DNA of 63,909 nt, the filler included, from Octopus bimaculoides (lineage: Eukaryota), in NCBI RefSeq assembly GCF_001194135.2. It is 4 parts of 3 records of this genome, joined end to end, with 100 filler letters (N's around TTAATTAATTAA, not from the genome) between each part and the next. Parts side by side here need not be neighbours in the genome. Positions count along the whole stretch, not along the records: positions 49,132 to 63,909 come from NC_068982.1; 3 more parts are not named here. One strand, written 5' to 3'. The position numbers were made by a program, and so were the translations under genes. The notes beneath the pieces were generated by a model. It was not told where the DNA came from and made no database searches. It was given only the letters and a program-made list of their open reading frames with translations. How positions within the stretch are numbered: position 1 is the first letter of the stretch; each line of letters begins with the position of its first letter. This document shows, in pieces, positions 63,547 to 63,909 of the stretch.

Positions 63547-63909
63547 ATGTACAGAGATGCGGCCAGTAAGGTGAGGGTTGGAAATGAGTACAGCAATGAA
63601 TTCCGGGTAGAGGTAGGGGTCCACCAAGGTTCCGTCCTCAGCCCCCTATTATTTACCATAGTCCTCCAGGCAATCACAGAGGAGTTCAAGACAGGTTGCC
63701 CCTGGGAGCTCCTCTATGCTGATGACCTTGCCCTAATTGCGGAGTCACTATCAGAACTAGAGGAGAAGTTTCAGGTGTGGAAGCAAGGTCTAGAATTGAA
63801 GGGCCTTAGAGTCAACCTAGCTAAAACCAAAATCCTAATAAGTAGGAAGGTAGATAAAACACAAACCCCTTCAGGTAGATGGCCCTGCTCAGTATGTAGA
63901 AAAGGAGTA
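63547..63909 (+). mobile_element. RTE-clade LINE reverse transcriptase, 121 uninterrupted codons running off the window
   Basis: MYRDAASKVRVG...GVHQGSVLSPLLF...ELLYADDLALIAES...GLRVNLAKTK...WPCSVCRKGV, with no stop or frameshift. Confidence 0.9.

Overview
AT-rich, microsatellite-dense eukaryotic DNA with many N gaps. The SINE, LINE and microsatellite repertoire points to an Octopus genome (inference from recalled repeat sequences, not a search). Three identical artificial linkers (44 N + TTAATTAATTAA + 44 N at 14821, 25528 and 49032) show the window is four joined scaffolds, so adjacency across them is unproven. Most identifiable content is transposon-derived: three tRNA-headed SINE families (A, B and C, my labels), R4/Dong-like, RTE-like, Tx1/L1-like and CR1-like LINE fragments, a Penelope-like GIY-YIG remnant, a Gypsy fossil, a mariner remnant and several MITEs. 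The only well-supported host coding sequence is a minus-strand terminal exon (60723-61126), possibly preceded by three phase-compatible short exons of 22, 34 and 44 nt. The best second-look items are a minimal type I hammerhead ribozyme motif (1537-1573), a decayed LRR gene with an internal duplication (about 29.9-30.8 kb), a 125-bp palindrome, head-to-tail SINE arrays built on (ATT)n tracts, a chimeric SINE architecture, and a possible divergent promoter at 48.3-48.6 kb next to a CpG-depleted block. I found no prokaryotic-type system, CRISPR array, rRNA or true tRNA gene. Repeat boundaries are approximate, about +/-10-30 bp unless stated as exact.
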